Of a DNA stretch of 64,000 bases, positions 50,471 to 60,906 are shown piece by piece. The stretch's first letter is position 1. The number at the start of each line of letters is the position of its first letter. The stretch covers positions 256,001-320,000 of the forward strand of contig CAVUZH010000013.1 of the NCBI GenBank assembly GCA_963745835.1, read 5' to 3'. This DNA is from an uncultured delta proteobacterium (GTDB taxonomy: Bacteria > Desulfobacterota > Binatia > UBA9968). The position numbers and the translations under genes were made by a program. Below the pieces are notes generated by a model. It was not told where the DNA came from and did not search any database. It saw only the letters and a program-made list of their open reading frames with translations.

Positions 50471-51643
50471 CTATGTCGGGATATCCTGTAGGAACATCTC
50501 GCGAGGCAACTCAGTCCCTATCCCTTTTTGACGGGCACCCTCAAAAATGCGGCCGCCAACGCTTGCGAACTGGACTCCCTGGATGCCGGCGCTCGGTCCG
50601 ATCTCACCTTCGAGGGTGCCGAAAGACTGAGTCGCCAGGGTGGTGATCTCGTCATTGCTGGCGCGACGATACGGCTCTCCCGTCTCCCAATTGACGCAAT
50701 CGACATAGCGACCGTAGGGATAGCGCTGACGCTCCTTGATGCCCTGCGTCACCCAACTGCTAAGTGGGATCTTAGCTCGCTCCTCGGGCGTTCCTGCGGT
50801 ATAGCTCATGACGTTCATACGGATGGCGAAGTCGTCGTCAACGTAACCTGCTACAGAAGGCGGCGTCCGTCTGAGCACAAGACCGACGGTATTGATGCGG
50901 GCGCATACGTCCGGGCCGAGTTCCCATGACATAACATTGCTGATGTGCGTTCCTGGTTCTAGCCAGTCCCCTTCGATGACAGGTGTCATCGAGTTAGTGC
51001 AGGCGGCAACAATATCTGCGTCGCGAACAGCTTCTTTCGCGCTGTCAACAGGCACCACTTCGCAGCCAACCTTTGCGGCTATTTCCCTGGCGTACTTTTC
51101 CCCGTTTATCCTTGTTGGACTGAATACTTTGATGGTTTTGATCGGGCGCACAACGCTGAAGGTCTCTGCAAAGCTTCGCGCCATCCCGCCTGAGCCAAGC
51201 ATACCAAGGACCTTTGCGTCCGGCTTTGCCAGGTACTTAGCCCCGATGGCAGCGTTTGCAGCGACGCGCAGGTGCTGGATATATCCGTCATTCATAATCG
51301 CCAGCAGTTCTGCATTTTCTACGCTGTAGAGCAGCACTAACCCGCCGTAAAGTCCGGGCTTGTAGCAGTAGGTGACCCGACGAGTAACCCCATTAATGAT
51401 GGGCCAGGAGAGAATATCGGGCTTGATGCGCAAGGCGTAATAGCCTGGCATCCGCATGCCACCTTCCATGGAGCTAAAGGAGAAAAACTCATCCGGACGG
51501 GAGGTGGGTATGAGGTTGTCGATGCGTGGACGTCGAATGCCATCGCCACGTGCAAGCTGACGAATACCTTCTTCCAGGCCGTCAATAGCTTCCCGCGCTG
51601 TGATCGCTTGCTCTTGGTCTTGGTTGTTCAGAAATAGTGGCAT
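50471..51643 (-). CDS. Ornithine cyclodeaminase/mu-crystallin family protein
   Basis: MPLFLNN start; NDGYIQHLRVAA, LGSGGMA; paralog of 11565-12662. Confidence 0.86.
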   Translation of the reverse strand: MPLFLNNQDQEQAITAREAIDGLEEGIRQLARGDGIRRPRIDNLIPTSRPDEFFSFSSMEGGMRMPGYYALRIKPDILSWPIINGVTRRVTYCYKPGLYGGLVLLYSVENAELLAIMNDGYIQHLRVAANAAIGAKYLAKPDAKVLGMLGSGGMARSFAETFSVVRPIKTIKVFSPTRINGEKYAREIAAKVGCEVVPVDSAKEAVRDADIVAACTNSMTPVIEGDWLEPGTHISNVMSWELGPDVCARINTVGLVLRRTPPSVAGYVDDDFAIRMNVMSYTAGTPEERAKIPLSSWVTQGIKERQRYPYGRYVDCVNWETGEPYRRASNDEITTLATQSFGTLEGEIGPSAGIQGVQFASVGGRIFEGARQKGIGTELPREMFLQDIPT

Positions 51644-51864
51644 AGCTTGTTCCTTTTTACTTTGTCGATGAGTCACACTTTGGGATTGTTTGTATACTGG
51701 GCGTTTTACCCTTGTCAACCGCCGCCGCTCTGCCTTGGCCGCCACTTCCACCTCCGTTAAAGATTTCGCCCGTTATTTCCTGTTTCCACCTTCCATTCCT
51801 TACTCGCCCTACACTAAACTATGGACGGGTAAGTGTGTCATCCACAATGGCAGAGAGGGGTGCC

Positions 51865-52293
51865 AGGTCCAGTGGCGTTAAGATCAAGTCACCTTCTTCC
51901 ATTGGAAATTTTTCTCCCTCAACGACCGTTGAGGCCTGCCTCCCATGGGGGACAAACCGAATTGCCGCTAAGTTGTGCCGATGAGCTCGCGCGATCTCGC
52001 CGGAATTGACAATGGAAAATGAAAAATGCAGATTCCGCGATGTGGAATTTCCCGGAACGTTGGGGCGAGTTCCCACGTGGTTGGAGCAAACAATTCTTCA
52101 GGCTCCATTTTTTCGCGCAAACACCGAGATCATACGCATATCTAAGAGAAGTTTTTAGGACATGTCGGTTCTTGCCCAGTCCGTAAACCCACGGGTCGAC
52201 TTTGAAGAACTCTTGTTCTTTATCGACATAGAAATCTCTCCACGCCAAGGTATGACTTCCTTCCGCCTGTAACCGCTCGTAAGCAAGTTGCAT
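51865..52293 (-). pseudogene. Fused remnants: PhtD-like C-terminus plus gentisate-dioxygenase-like cupin fragment
   Basis: LAWRDFYVDKEQEFFKVDPWVYGLGKNRH resembles the C-terminus of 22551-23510; ARAHRHNLAAIRF...VEGEKFPMEEGDLILTP is a cupin piece. Confidence 0.7.
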
Positions 52294-52394
52294 GACACGT
52301 ACTTGACACGGGCTATGGGGGTTCGTTAAAAACTACGGCTGTACGAGTTCATTACTCGGAGATTTCTCATGCGACTCATTCCGCAGTTGTTAGA

Positions 52395-53025
52395 TTGGAC
52401 AATGCCTATACTCTGGGCAAGGCCATCTTTCGGCTCGTTGCCGTCACATTCGCCTTGGCCCATTATCCAGCGCTTCTCCTCTTCCCAGCAGCTACTGGCT
52501 ACGCCGCTGAAACATTGATCCCGTTAAAGGTTGGCTATCTCTCCATCGCAGCAGGCCATTCCGTTCTGTGGGTTGCAAAGGAGGCCCGGATCGTCGAAAA
52601 GAACGGTCTAAGCGTGGAAACGGTCTATGCCCCATCGTCTGCGCTCACGCAGGCCATGCTTTCACGGAGCATCCCGCTGGGTATTACTGGGCCTGTGTCG
52701 CCTCTGGAAGCGAACGTAAAGGGTGCAGATTTCGTTATTCTGGGAACCCTGAGGAAAACTCCGACCCCTGGTCTATTTGGTAAGCCACAAGAAGATTACG
52801 AGCGTCAAGCAGCTACGTGGAAAAAAGCTTGGAGTGGGCCGGTTCGGGAGCGCAACCGATAAAATCCTTATTATGACGCTCAAAAAATTCGGAATCGAGC
52901 CTAACGAAGTTAGCCTGCTGCAGCTGGGCAATTCGGCATTGAGAATGATCGCCTTACAACAACAGGGAATTGACGCAACCATTTTGGCAGTCGAGGACGG
53001 ACTTGCCGCCAAGCGGCGTTGTTGA
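52395..53025 (+). pseudogene. Frameshifted, truncated NitT/TauT substrate-binding protein
   Basis: EKNGLSVE and LRGKKLGVGRFGSATD in different frames; ends at about 200 aa. Confidence 0.75.
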
Positions 53026-53146
53026 AAATCAAGGTCATAGAAAAGGCTTAGGATCGGTCGGCATAGTAGGGGGTGGAAATATCAACAGCGCCTCAGGGGT
53101 CGATCAAGTAGCGCTCCTCCATTTGGTATCGAGAAGATCTTTGTGA

Positions 53147-53815
53147 CTAGCAATAGTGCCGGTAGATGCCGTCGAACTTGCCGAGCTTAAAGCGCACCGC
53201 GTACTCCGCGGTTTGCCGTACCAAGTGTTCCATCACAGGGGAATCGGTATAGCGCGCGATGATCTCGGAGGCCATTTTGATGTGATCCTCGTCCGCTGCC
53301 TTATGCACAGTGAAGAACTGGAGGGATGAGTCACCAAGGTTATAGTGCTTGCGCAAGGATTTGTCGAATTCCTCGGAGTAGCGCTGTACCATCGTTTCAT
53401 CCACCAAGCCGGAGACCCGGTTCTCCGCCGGAGAGCCCAACAGCATTCCGCGAATGGTCTTGCTCGTGTGTGCGAAGCATTCGAAGATCTGGCCGCTCTT
53501 CTGAAAATCATCCTCTTTGAGCCCTATGGCGAGCCCGAATCGCTTGGCGAGGTCCGGATGGCTTTGCTCTTCATTGAACTGGTAGTTGAAATAGTTATAC
53601 AACTCGGGATTGTGAGCGTTTTTTACCATGCAGAGCGCAAAGCCTTTTAGCAGCGCTTTGTTATGAAGGTAGTGTTGAATCGACCACCCCTGAAGGCGGC
53701 GAATCGACAACCGGCCTTCCCGCAGCTCCGAAAAAAAAGCACTTTCCATGAGCTGCCGGACTCCCGGTTGAATGATCTCTTGGGTGAGGGAATCGACGAA
53801 AGCTTTATTTTCCAT
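53147..53815 (-). CDS. Heme-oxygenase-like diiron (CADD/PqqC/TenA-fold) protein
   Basis: FNEEQSH, VDE, HKAADEDH ligand pattern. Confidence 0.75.
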   Translation of the reverse strand: MENKAFVDSLTQEIIQPGVRQLMESAFFSELREGRLSIRRLQGWSIQHYLHNKALLKGFALCMVKNAHNPELYNYFNYQFNEEQSHPDLAKRFGLAIGLKEDDFQKSGQIFECFAHTSKTIRGMLLGSPAENRVSGLVDETMVQRYSEEFDKSLRKHYNLGDSSLQFFTVHKAADEDHIKMASEIIARYTDSPVMEHLVRQTAEYAVRFKLGKFDGIYRHYC

Positions 53816-53871
53816 GGCTTTTGCGTTCTCCTTTCCTTCGTGCGAGTTGACGCTGAAAAGAGCGATCTGGA

Positions 53872-54700
53872 TCAGGCTTCCGCTCGATAGAGACCAGTCG
53901 CCTCCATCAATGGCCGATCGGTGATCGAGAATAACAACGCTTCGTTGCCAGACTGATTCTCATGATGATGCCATAGCCAAAGCGGGATGACAAAAGAATC
54001 TCCCTTTTGCCATTGCAGGAAACCTTCACCCACCGCCGTCCGGCCGCGTCCGCGAAATACGTGGTACAAGGTTGAACTTGTGTGACGATGAGACCGGGTC
54101 CTTTGCCCGGGTTTGAGCAGTTGCATCGCACAGAACATCGTCGCCAGCGTAGGCCCACCGGATCGTGGATTGACGAATTGAACAAGAGAGCCGTCGTAGG
54201 GGTCGGCTTCGGAGCCATTGATGGCTTGTAAAGCCGCATAGGTATCTCCCCACGGGTAACGAAACGGCATCCCGACGGGCTCGGAATTTAATCGCTGTGA
54301 TGCGGGGGGCCAATCCCAGGTGGCGCGTGGAATCTCCATCCGCCCGCACGACCGTTTGCGCTTCCTTCTCGTATTCCTCGAAAAAGAGCGCGTTCAGGGT
54401 ATAGATGAGCGGGCCACCTAATCCGTCCAACCAGATGATGGGCTCCCCGGAAGCATTGAAATGATCATGCCATGTCCAATTGGGAGTGAGAATCAAATCA
54501 CCTTCCTCCATGAGGAAGCGCTCACCTTCAACGACGGTACAAGCACCGTGACCTTGGACGACGAATCTGATAGCCGCCATGTTGTGCCTGTGCGCCCGGG
54601 CGACCTCGCCAGGGTTCACAATCGAAAAACTGAATTGCAGCGTTCGCGAAGTTGATTTAGAAGGGCTGTACGGGCTGATCAGCCGGATCGATCGGCGCTC
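53872..54700 (-). pseudogene. Gentisate 1,2-dioxygenase-like bicupin, 5'-truncated and frameshifted near 54310
   Basis: ARAHRHNMAAIRF...GDLILTPNWTWHDH...IWLDGL, then FRYPW...DPYDG...HRHTSS...WHHHEN in another frame. Confidence 0.8.
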
Positions 54701-54742
54701 GGCCAGCTCGAAACTTATACTATCCTTGGCTCTTAGCAACCC

Positions 54743-54860
54743 TCTATGGCGCGAGATTGAATGGTGCGTCGCGTCTGAGGAGCCCATCAAGTTTACTCTG
54801 CCGGAAGGTCTCACGCCGAGAAAAATCTCGAAGGGAAAGAAATTGGGGCGGATGTTGAAC
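54743..54860 (+). pseudogene. Inverted internal fragment of the PhtD-like gene
   Basis: Plus-strand WREIEWCVASEEPIKFTLPEGLTPRKISKGKKLGRML aligns by eye with VTDVTWVIVNKEHVGFKLPPNIKVEFVDGQRKLEDLL of 22551-23510. Confidence 0.6.
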
Positions 54861-54911
54861 ATCGTTCCGTTCAAGCGAAAGGTGATCTCCAAGAGGAATA
54901 CGGAGTCCCAT

Positions 54912-55280
54912 GATAGGGTCGTTTGAAAGGTGATGAGTCCGGCCTTTCGTCCGATCAGGTCTTTCGGGGCGCGAATCGATCCATCAGCGTTAACCCAAAT
55001 ATGTGACTGACTGAAGAGGCGGCGCGGAAATACCGGGATCGCCGTAAAGGGCAAGCCTTGGCCTTTTGCCATAATATAGGACGAGAGCGAAACCTGACAC
55101 GCATCAAATTCCCGCTCTGCCAGCATGCGGTAGTGGCGGTTGAGCCCGTTCCTCAAAGAGTTGGACTCACCCACGGCCAGCACCTCGAGATCAATATCCC
55201 TAATACCGACAGTCCCATCGAAAAAACGGGATATGGCGGTCATATAAAGATAGCGCCATGGTGAGTTTTTGCCGGCCCAT
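54912..55280 (-). pseudogene. PhtD-like gene 5' fragment (frameshift in a T-run near 55225)
   Basis: MGRQKLTMALSLYDRHIPF/FDG...FDACQVSLSSY...AIPVFPRRLF...FQTTLS, then breaks off. Confidence 0.78.
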
Positions 55281-55569
55281 AACCTGACTCTGTTTCTCTC
55301 GATGCTCCTTCGGTCCACGCTTAAAGTCGCTCTAAAAAAACTGTGGACTATTGTGAGCCAAGTACCATCAGCGTCACCCTGTTGTTAACTAAGTCTGCAA
55401 CCGGAAGATAGGCGACAAAATCAACCCCAGCATTCATCCACCCTTATCTCGCGGAATAGAGTGTCAAACTATTCTTGCTAATCTTGCTAAAACAAAATCT
55501 GAGGAGAGACCTTGTTATCTGTTTTTCATTGAGGTCTACACCGTTTTCTAATTGACCTCCCCACCGTGC

Positions 55570-56140
55570 TCAATTCTTCCGGGTTGGAAAAGCCGGGGGG
55601 ATGATGTCTTCCGTGCTCCTACCATTCCGATCGCGACTCGCCCAGGCATCCCAAGCACGCTGGGCAAAACCGTATCCGCTTGAACGACAGCTCGTCTTCG
55701 TCGATTCGAGTGGATCGGCCGTTCTCAATCGCGATTTCACCATTGACAATGACGGTTTCGACGTCCGCACTGCCGTACTCAACCGAGCGTTGATTGGATC
55801 GCGCGCCGGACCGTATCGGGTGGTGCGCAGATTGACGATCACCACATCGGCTTTTGCACCGGCGGCAATGCGCCCAAGATCTTTGCGGCCCAGAGCCTCG
55901 GCGCCGACGATGGTCGCAGCGTTAAAAACGTCGGCCGGGCGCGCGCCGGGAGCGTTCTTATCGACGAGGCGCGAAATCAACGAGGCGTCGCGCATCTCGG
56001 CGATAATATCGACAGGATAGGTATCGGTCCCTAGCTCTATCTCAATACCGGCTGCAAGATACTGATCGAAGGACTCCATGGTGAAGGCCATCTTCGCGCA
56101 TTTGTGCCGGACAGTGTCCGACGGTGGCCGCCTGACTCGG
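55570..56140 (-). pseudogene. Amidohydrolase (MtaD/AtzA-like) 3' remnant
   Basis: GHCP, LGTDTYP, ATIVGAEALGRKDLGRIAAGAKADVVIV; 5' part absent, abutting a repeat element. Confidence 0.75.
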
Positions 56141-56164
56141 CGATGATCCTTAATTCCTCACTAT

Positions 56165-56300
56165 CGCTCTGCGGATCCTCGTGTTCGTGTCCGTGAAACG
56201 TGATCGAGAATTCCGAACGAACACGAACACGTACCACGAACACGATTCGAGCGAGACGATTGAGCACGAAGCATATGAGGCTTTTTCGGCAGCCTGTTAG
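56165..56300. mobile_element. MITE-like element (CGTGTT/AACACG-rich)
   Basis: Internal tcgtgttcgtgt/acacgaacacg inverted repeat; end ctttttcggcagcctgttag; homologous to 22450-22540. Confidence 0.6.
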
Positions 56301-57163
56301 TTCTTCCCTAGCGACACCATGAAGATTCCTGCCACCACCATGGCGGCGCCGGCAACTTTGCGCCGGGTCACAATCTCTATCTGCCGCGCCATCAAAGGCG
56401 TCAAGATGAGCACGAATACCGCGTAGCTATTAATCAGCGGAGCAATAATCGTGACCCGCTCCATGCTTAGGGCAACATACATACATAGGAAAGACCCGCC
56501 GGTAAAAATCCCCGACCAGACAAACCAGCGCGCGGCATTGGCCGTAGGCCAACAAAATTTTTCGCCATGAAGATAACGCGTGATTAGAAAGATTTCGACC
56601 GTCGAGGTGAGCGCGGCGATCCCCGCCGCCAGGATCGGCTCGCCGCCGCCGTCGCCGAGGCCCCAACGCACCGTGACGTCCTTGCATGCGAAGATCAGGG
56701 CGCAGAGAAAGGGAAAGATCAATTCGATTTTATGATAGGAGCTCGTCGCTCCGGTCCACGAGACGGTGACCAGGCCACAAACGGTCACGAAAACTCCGGC
56801 GATCACCCATGGGCCTGGCCTCTCGCCAAGAAGCAGTATCGCCAGAACCGTGGAAAACATCGGCGTCGTATTGATGATGGTCGATGTAACCGAGCTGCCC
56901 ATGGTTCGAATGCCGCGGAAACTCAACACACGGGTTACGCCCGGCACCAACAAACCCACGGCGACAAAAATTAAATTGTCAAAAATGAAAATTGGCGCGA
57001 AGGGGCGAAGTAAGAAATGCGCCGATAATAGAAACACGGTATTACCGGCAATAGTGATCCAGGCGCCCCATGGCGCCGCAGCCAGGTGATAGCCGCGCTG
57101 CGCCAAGAGGCTGGCAATGGCAAAGCAAACCGAAGTCAAAATCCCGAAGAAGATCGGCAACAC
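56297..57163 (-). CDS. EamA/DMT family transporter
   Basis: About 10 transmembrane helices in two repeats; LAILLLGERP. Confidence 0.85.
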   Translation of the reverse strand: MLPIFFGILTSVCFAIASLLAQRGYHLAAAPWGAWITIAGNTVFLLSAHFLLRPFAPIFIFDNLIFVAVGLLVPGVTRVLSFRGIRTMGSSVTSTIINTTPMFSTVLAILLLGERPGPWVIAGVFVTVCGLVTVSWTGATSSYHKIELIFPFLCALIFACKDVTVRWGLGDGGGEPILAAGIAALTSTVEIFLITRYLHGEKFCWPTANAARWFVWSGIFTGGSFLCMYVALSMERVTIIAPLINSYAVFVLILTPLMARQIEIVTRRKVAGAAMVVAGIFMVSLGKN

Positions 57164-57240
57164 GGAGCTTTATAAGTTTCCTTCGAAAGCGATTTCGTCT
57201 AGAGTGCCCGTTATATCCGAATTTTTTCACAATCGCATTC

Positions 57241-58306
57241 ATGCCTCCAACTAATCTCGCCCTGATCCGCCGCAGACTACTCGGTTGGTACGAAAAGAAC
57301 AGGAGAGATCTTCCCTGGCGCAGGACCTCGGATCCGTATGCGATCTGGATTTCCGAAACCATGCTGCAGCAGACGCAGGTCAAAACCGTTCTTCCTTATT
57401 ACGAAAGGTTTCTCAAAGCGTTTCCGACCATCACAGCATTGGATCGCGCCCCGCTTCGACAGGTCCTGCGTGCCTGGTCCGGGCTAGGATACTATCGGCG
57501 CGCGGAGAATTTAAAAAAATCCGCATCGGCGCTGATGCGCCGGCACGGCGGAACTATGCCCCGAAGACTACGAGAGTTTGCGCGCGTTGCCGGGAATCGG
57601 CGATTACACCGCGGGCGCCATTCTCAGCATCGCCTTCCAGAAATCTTACCCGGCGGTTGACGGCAATGCGCGGCGCGTATTGGGCCGTTTGTTCAATATG
57701 GCCGGGGCGAAACAGTTACGCGCCGCGGCAGAAGAGCTCATCTCGAAGTCGAACCCGGGCGATTTGAACCAGGCGATCATGGAACTCGGCGCAACCATTT
57801 GTCTACCCGCAGAGCCGCTCTGTTTACTCTGCCCGCTCGCCGCGCATTGCCGTGTGCACAGCGGAAGCGGAACCTCCAAGAAGCCGGCGTCCCGGAAAAA
57901 ACTGAAGTTTACAAACGTCACGTGGCCTCTAGCGATTATTCGCCGCGGCGAAAAAATTCTATTGCGGCGCCGCGCCAATAGAGGTTTGCTCGCCGGAATG
58001 TGGGAGTTTCCAGGCGGTGAGAAGCCGGGAAACGACGGGAGCCTGAGAACTTTATGGCGTCATCTGCACGAAATCGGGCCTCTTTCAGTTGTCCCTCTGG
58101 GCATCGGCGAAATCCGTCATAGCATTACTTACCGCCGCATTCGCGCACCGATTTTTTTATTCGATCTCGCTGGTAATGACACCATCGACTTGCCTCCCTT
58201 CAACTGGCGCTGGGTAGCTCCGGCCGCGCTGAACCGTTATCCAGCATCCTCCATGACTCTAAAAGCGGCCCGAGTTTTAGCAAGCTATGAAAAAAGTGCT
58301 TGTTAA
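57241..58306 (+). CDS. mutY: A/G-specific adenine glycosylase MutY, +1 frameshift near 57560
   Basis: RDLPWR, ISETMLQQTQV, WSGLGYYRRA, then LPGIGDYTAGA, VDGN, CLP..PLCLLCPLAAHC, NUDIX-like WEFPGG. Confidence 0.93.
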
Positions 58307-59045
58307 AAGCCTCCTCATCTCGGCGATAGTCGCATCCCTGGTTTATTTTTACCTTGCCTTGCCCAATGTTTCGCTCTTGAAGAACAGAAATCCTCAGACC
58401 TCTGCGCTTATGGAACTACGCGACCAGGAGAACAGAGAAAAGAAGTTGCGGCTGTCACGGCAACAAATTTGGGTGCCTTACGGACGGATTTCAGATCATC
58501 TAAAGAAAGCTGTTCTGCTCAGCGAAGACGCTTCTTTCTTCAGTCACAACGGAGTGGACTTCGCCGAGCTCAAGGAAGCATTCAAAAGAGATCTAAAAAC
58601 GCTCAGTTTCAGACGCGGCGGCAGCACCATCACGATGCAGCTAGCAAGGAACTTGTATTTAAATCCGGCAAAAAATCCGCTGCGGAAAATGAAGGAAATC
58701 ATTATCGCTTGGCAGCTTGAGCAGACTCTTTCTAAAACTCGGATCTTCGAGCTTTATCTAAATATCGTCGAATGGGGCCGCAATATTTACGGCGCCGAAG
58801 CAGGATCCCGTCACTATTTTGGCAAGTCCGCCGCCAGTTTGGATCCATTGGAAGCCGCCACTTTGGTGGCGCTACTGCCGAGCCCGCGAACAAATCGTGA
58901 AAAAAGCATTCTTCAGAGGCGAAACCTCGTGTTAGCAAGACTCGCCAAGGTGGGCCACATCAGCGAAAAGGAATACCATCGCGCTAAGGAAGTTCCGCTT
59001 TTCTACAAGGCAAAGAAGGACACTCCCCGGCTGCTGCAAGATTAA
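58287..59045 (+). CDS. mtgA: Monofunctional peptidoglycan transglycosylase
   Basis: SEDASFFSHNGVD, RGGSTITMQLARNL, RKMKE, YLNIVEWG. Confidence 0.92.
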   Translation: MKKVLVKSLLISAIVASLVYFYLALPNVSLLKNRNPQTSALMELRDQENREKKLRLSRQQIWVPYGRISDHLKKAVLLSEDASFFSHNGVDFAELKEAFKRDLKTLSFRRGGSTITMQLARNLYLNPAKNPLRKMKEIIIAWQLEQTLSKTRIFELYLNIVEWGRNIYGAEAGSRHYFGKSAASLDPLEAATLVALLPSPRTNREKSILQRRNLVLARLAKVGHISEKEYHRAKEVPLFYKAKKDTPRLLQD

Positions 59046-59211
59046 AATTCAGCGCGGCTACCCCGCCGCCAAATTACCCCTGATTCGCAGTACATCCTTT
59101 TTCTTCCCAAATCGTCTAAGTTTTGAGGCATAATCTCCGGCGAATGATAGCCTCCACCCTGATCGCCGAACACAATCGAACAGTTTTCGCCGGACAAAGA
59201 AAGGGGAACGA

Positions 59212-59420
59212 ATGGAAAAGGGCACAAAAAAGCTGGACACCACCCTGGGCGAGCTCATTGCGGCGGCCAGCGAAGTTGCTTTTGAATACTCCGATAATGA
59301 CAGAGACGCCTACAAGCTGGCTCAGGCAGCGCTGATCGAAATTCTCAGGAAAGCTTCCCATGCTGGCAGCTTGGACGATTTTGGTGAATCGCCGCGCCAA
59401 GAAAAACCTATCTTCACTAA
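59212..59420 (+). CDS. Small hypothetical protein; true end probably near 59420
   Basis: ATG after AAGGGG; TTLGELIAAASEVAFEYS helical core; the track ORF runs through a terminator-like hairpin. Confidence 0.5.
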
Positions 59421-59433
59421 GCCTACCATCCGG

Positions 59434-59467
59434 GAGGGGCGGAAAGTCCGCCCCTCGCTTCGTTTTG
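59434..59467 (+). terminator. Rho-independent terminator-like hairpin
   Basis: GAGGGGCGGA-AAG-TCCGCCCCTC followed by GCTTCGTTTTG. Confidence 0.7.
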
Positions 59468-59771
59468 TTACCTTAGCTCCGGGAACTTTAAACCACCGCC
59501 GGACGTTATTCATTCAGTATTTGGGCGCAACCAAAGTGCGCGATGGATCATCTAAATCGAAATGCTGAACGTTATACTGAGTTGGCTTCTAAAAGCACAG
59601 CTGCCGATAATCCAGATGGAACACTGTGTCTGAGTTGAACCGCTGTTGCTGGATAGACAATTGGAGCGCGATTCGCTAGAGAAATACCGGCCGGGCCTCG
59701 AATCACCGCACAAGACGTGCCATTACAGTGGTTCGTACCTCGAGACCGGCGAGAACACAAAGCGAGGGGTC

Positions 59772-60737
59772 ATGCTGATCAAAAAACCGGATGATATCAA
59801 GTCCTCAGAGATTACTCCCAGGGAGCTGTATCTTAACCGTCGACAATTCATGCTTTCAGCCTCGGCTAGCGCTGTCACCGCAGGCGCGGCTCTCGCTGGA
59901 TTCGATCTCTTTCGGGGTGCAAGCCAAGCTCTTGCCGCCGAACAGATTGCCAACTTAAAGAAGAGCTCCTACAGCACCAGCGAGAAGCAAAACTCATTTA
60001 AAGACATCACCAACTATAATAATTTCTACGAGCTTGGGCCCGACAAAGAAGATCCGGCGACAAACGCCAAGTACTTGACTCCGACTCGGCCCTGGACGGT
60101 AGCGGTGGAAGGTGAGGTCAAAAAGCCCAAGACCTACGACATCGATGCTTTGACCAAGCTAAGTCCGCTGGAGGAAAGAGTTTATCGACTACGGTGTGTC
60201 GAAGCTTGGTCCATGGTGATCCCGTGGATCGGCTTTCCTTTAAACGCGCTAATCAAACTCGCCGAACCTACCGGCAACGCAAAATTTATCCAGTTCGTGA
60301 CCTTGCATGACCCGAAGCGCATGCCCGGCCAGAAATTGCCGATCATGGAATGGCCCTACGTCGAAGGCTTGCGCATGGACGAAGCCATGCACCCGTTGAC
60401 GATCTTATCGGTGGGCTTGTATGGCCAGGTATTGCCGGCGCAGAACGGCGCCCCGATTCGCGTGGTGGTGCCGTGGAAATACGGTTTCAAAAGCATCAAG
60501 TCCATCGTCAAAATCCGTTTCGTCGAAAAACAACCACCGGCGTCTTGGAACATGATGCAGCCCCAGGAGTACGGATTTTACTCCAACGTTAATCCCGAGG
60601 TCGACCATCCGCGTTGGACCCAGGCGACGGAGCGGCGCATAGGGGAGTTTCTCCGGCGCAAGACGCTCATGTTCAACGGTTACGGTGATCAGGTCGCGCA
60701 GCTATACAGCGGCATGGACCTTAAAAAATTCTACTAG
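59772..60737 (+). CDS. msrP: Protein-methionine-sulfoxide reductase catalytic subunit MsrP
   Basis: SEITP..YLNRRQF Tat motif, [35 protein letters not shown]. Confidence 0.96.
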   Translation: MLIKKPDDIKSSEITPRELYLNRRQFMLSASASAVTAGAALAGFDLFRGASQALAAEQIANLKKSSYSTSEKQNSFKDITNYNNFYELGPDKEDPATNAKYLTPTRPWTVAVEGEVKKPKTYDIDALTKLSPLEERVYRLRCVEAWSMVIPWIGFPLNALIKLAEPTGNAKFIQFVTLHDPKRMPGQKLPIMEWPYVEGLRMDEAMHPLTILSVGLYGQVLPAQNGAPIRVVVPWKYGFKSIKSIVKIRFVEKQPPASWNMMQPQEYGFYSNVNPEVDHPRWTQATERRIGEFLRRKTLMFNGYGDQVAQLYSGMDLKKFY

Positions 60738-60906
60738 GAGCGAAGTCGAATTGGCGTTTAGCGAGCTGCGATAAAAACCGAGATCACAACTATATTCGCG
60801 TATACGCGCCGGCGATGATAACTTGCACTGTCTGTCCTCCAAGCTTGCATTCTTCTTCCGAGAAAATGCCTTCTAAGCGCTGTTTGACTTCTATGTAGTT
60901 AACCCG

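Noticed and set aside
54026-55318. 430-aa ORF as a genuine novel fusion enzyme
   Set aside because: It is built from truncated pieces and an inverted fragment; the true start lies in another frame and the tail is out of frame.
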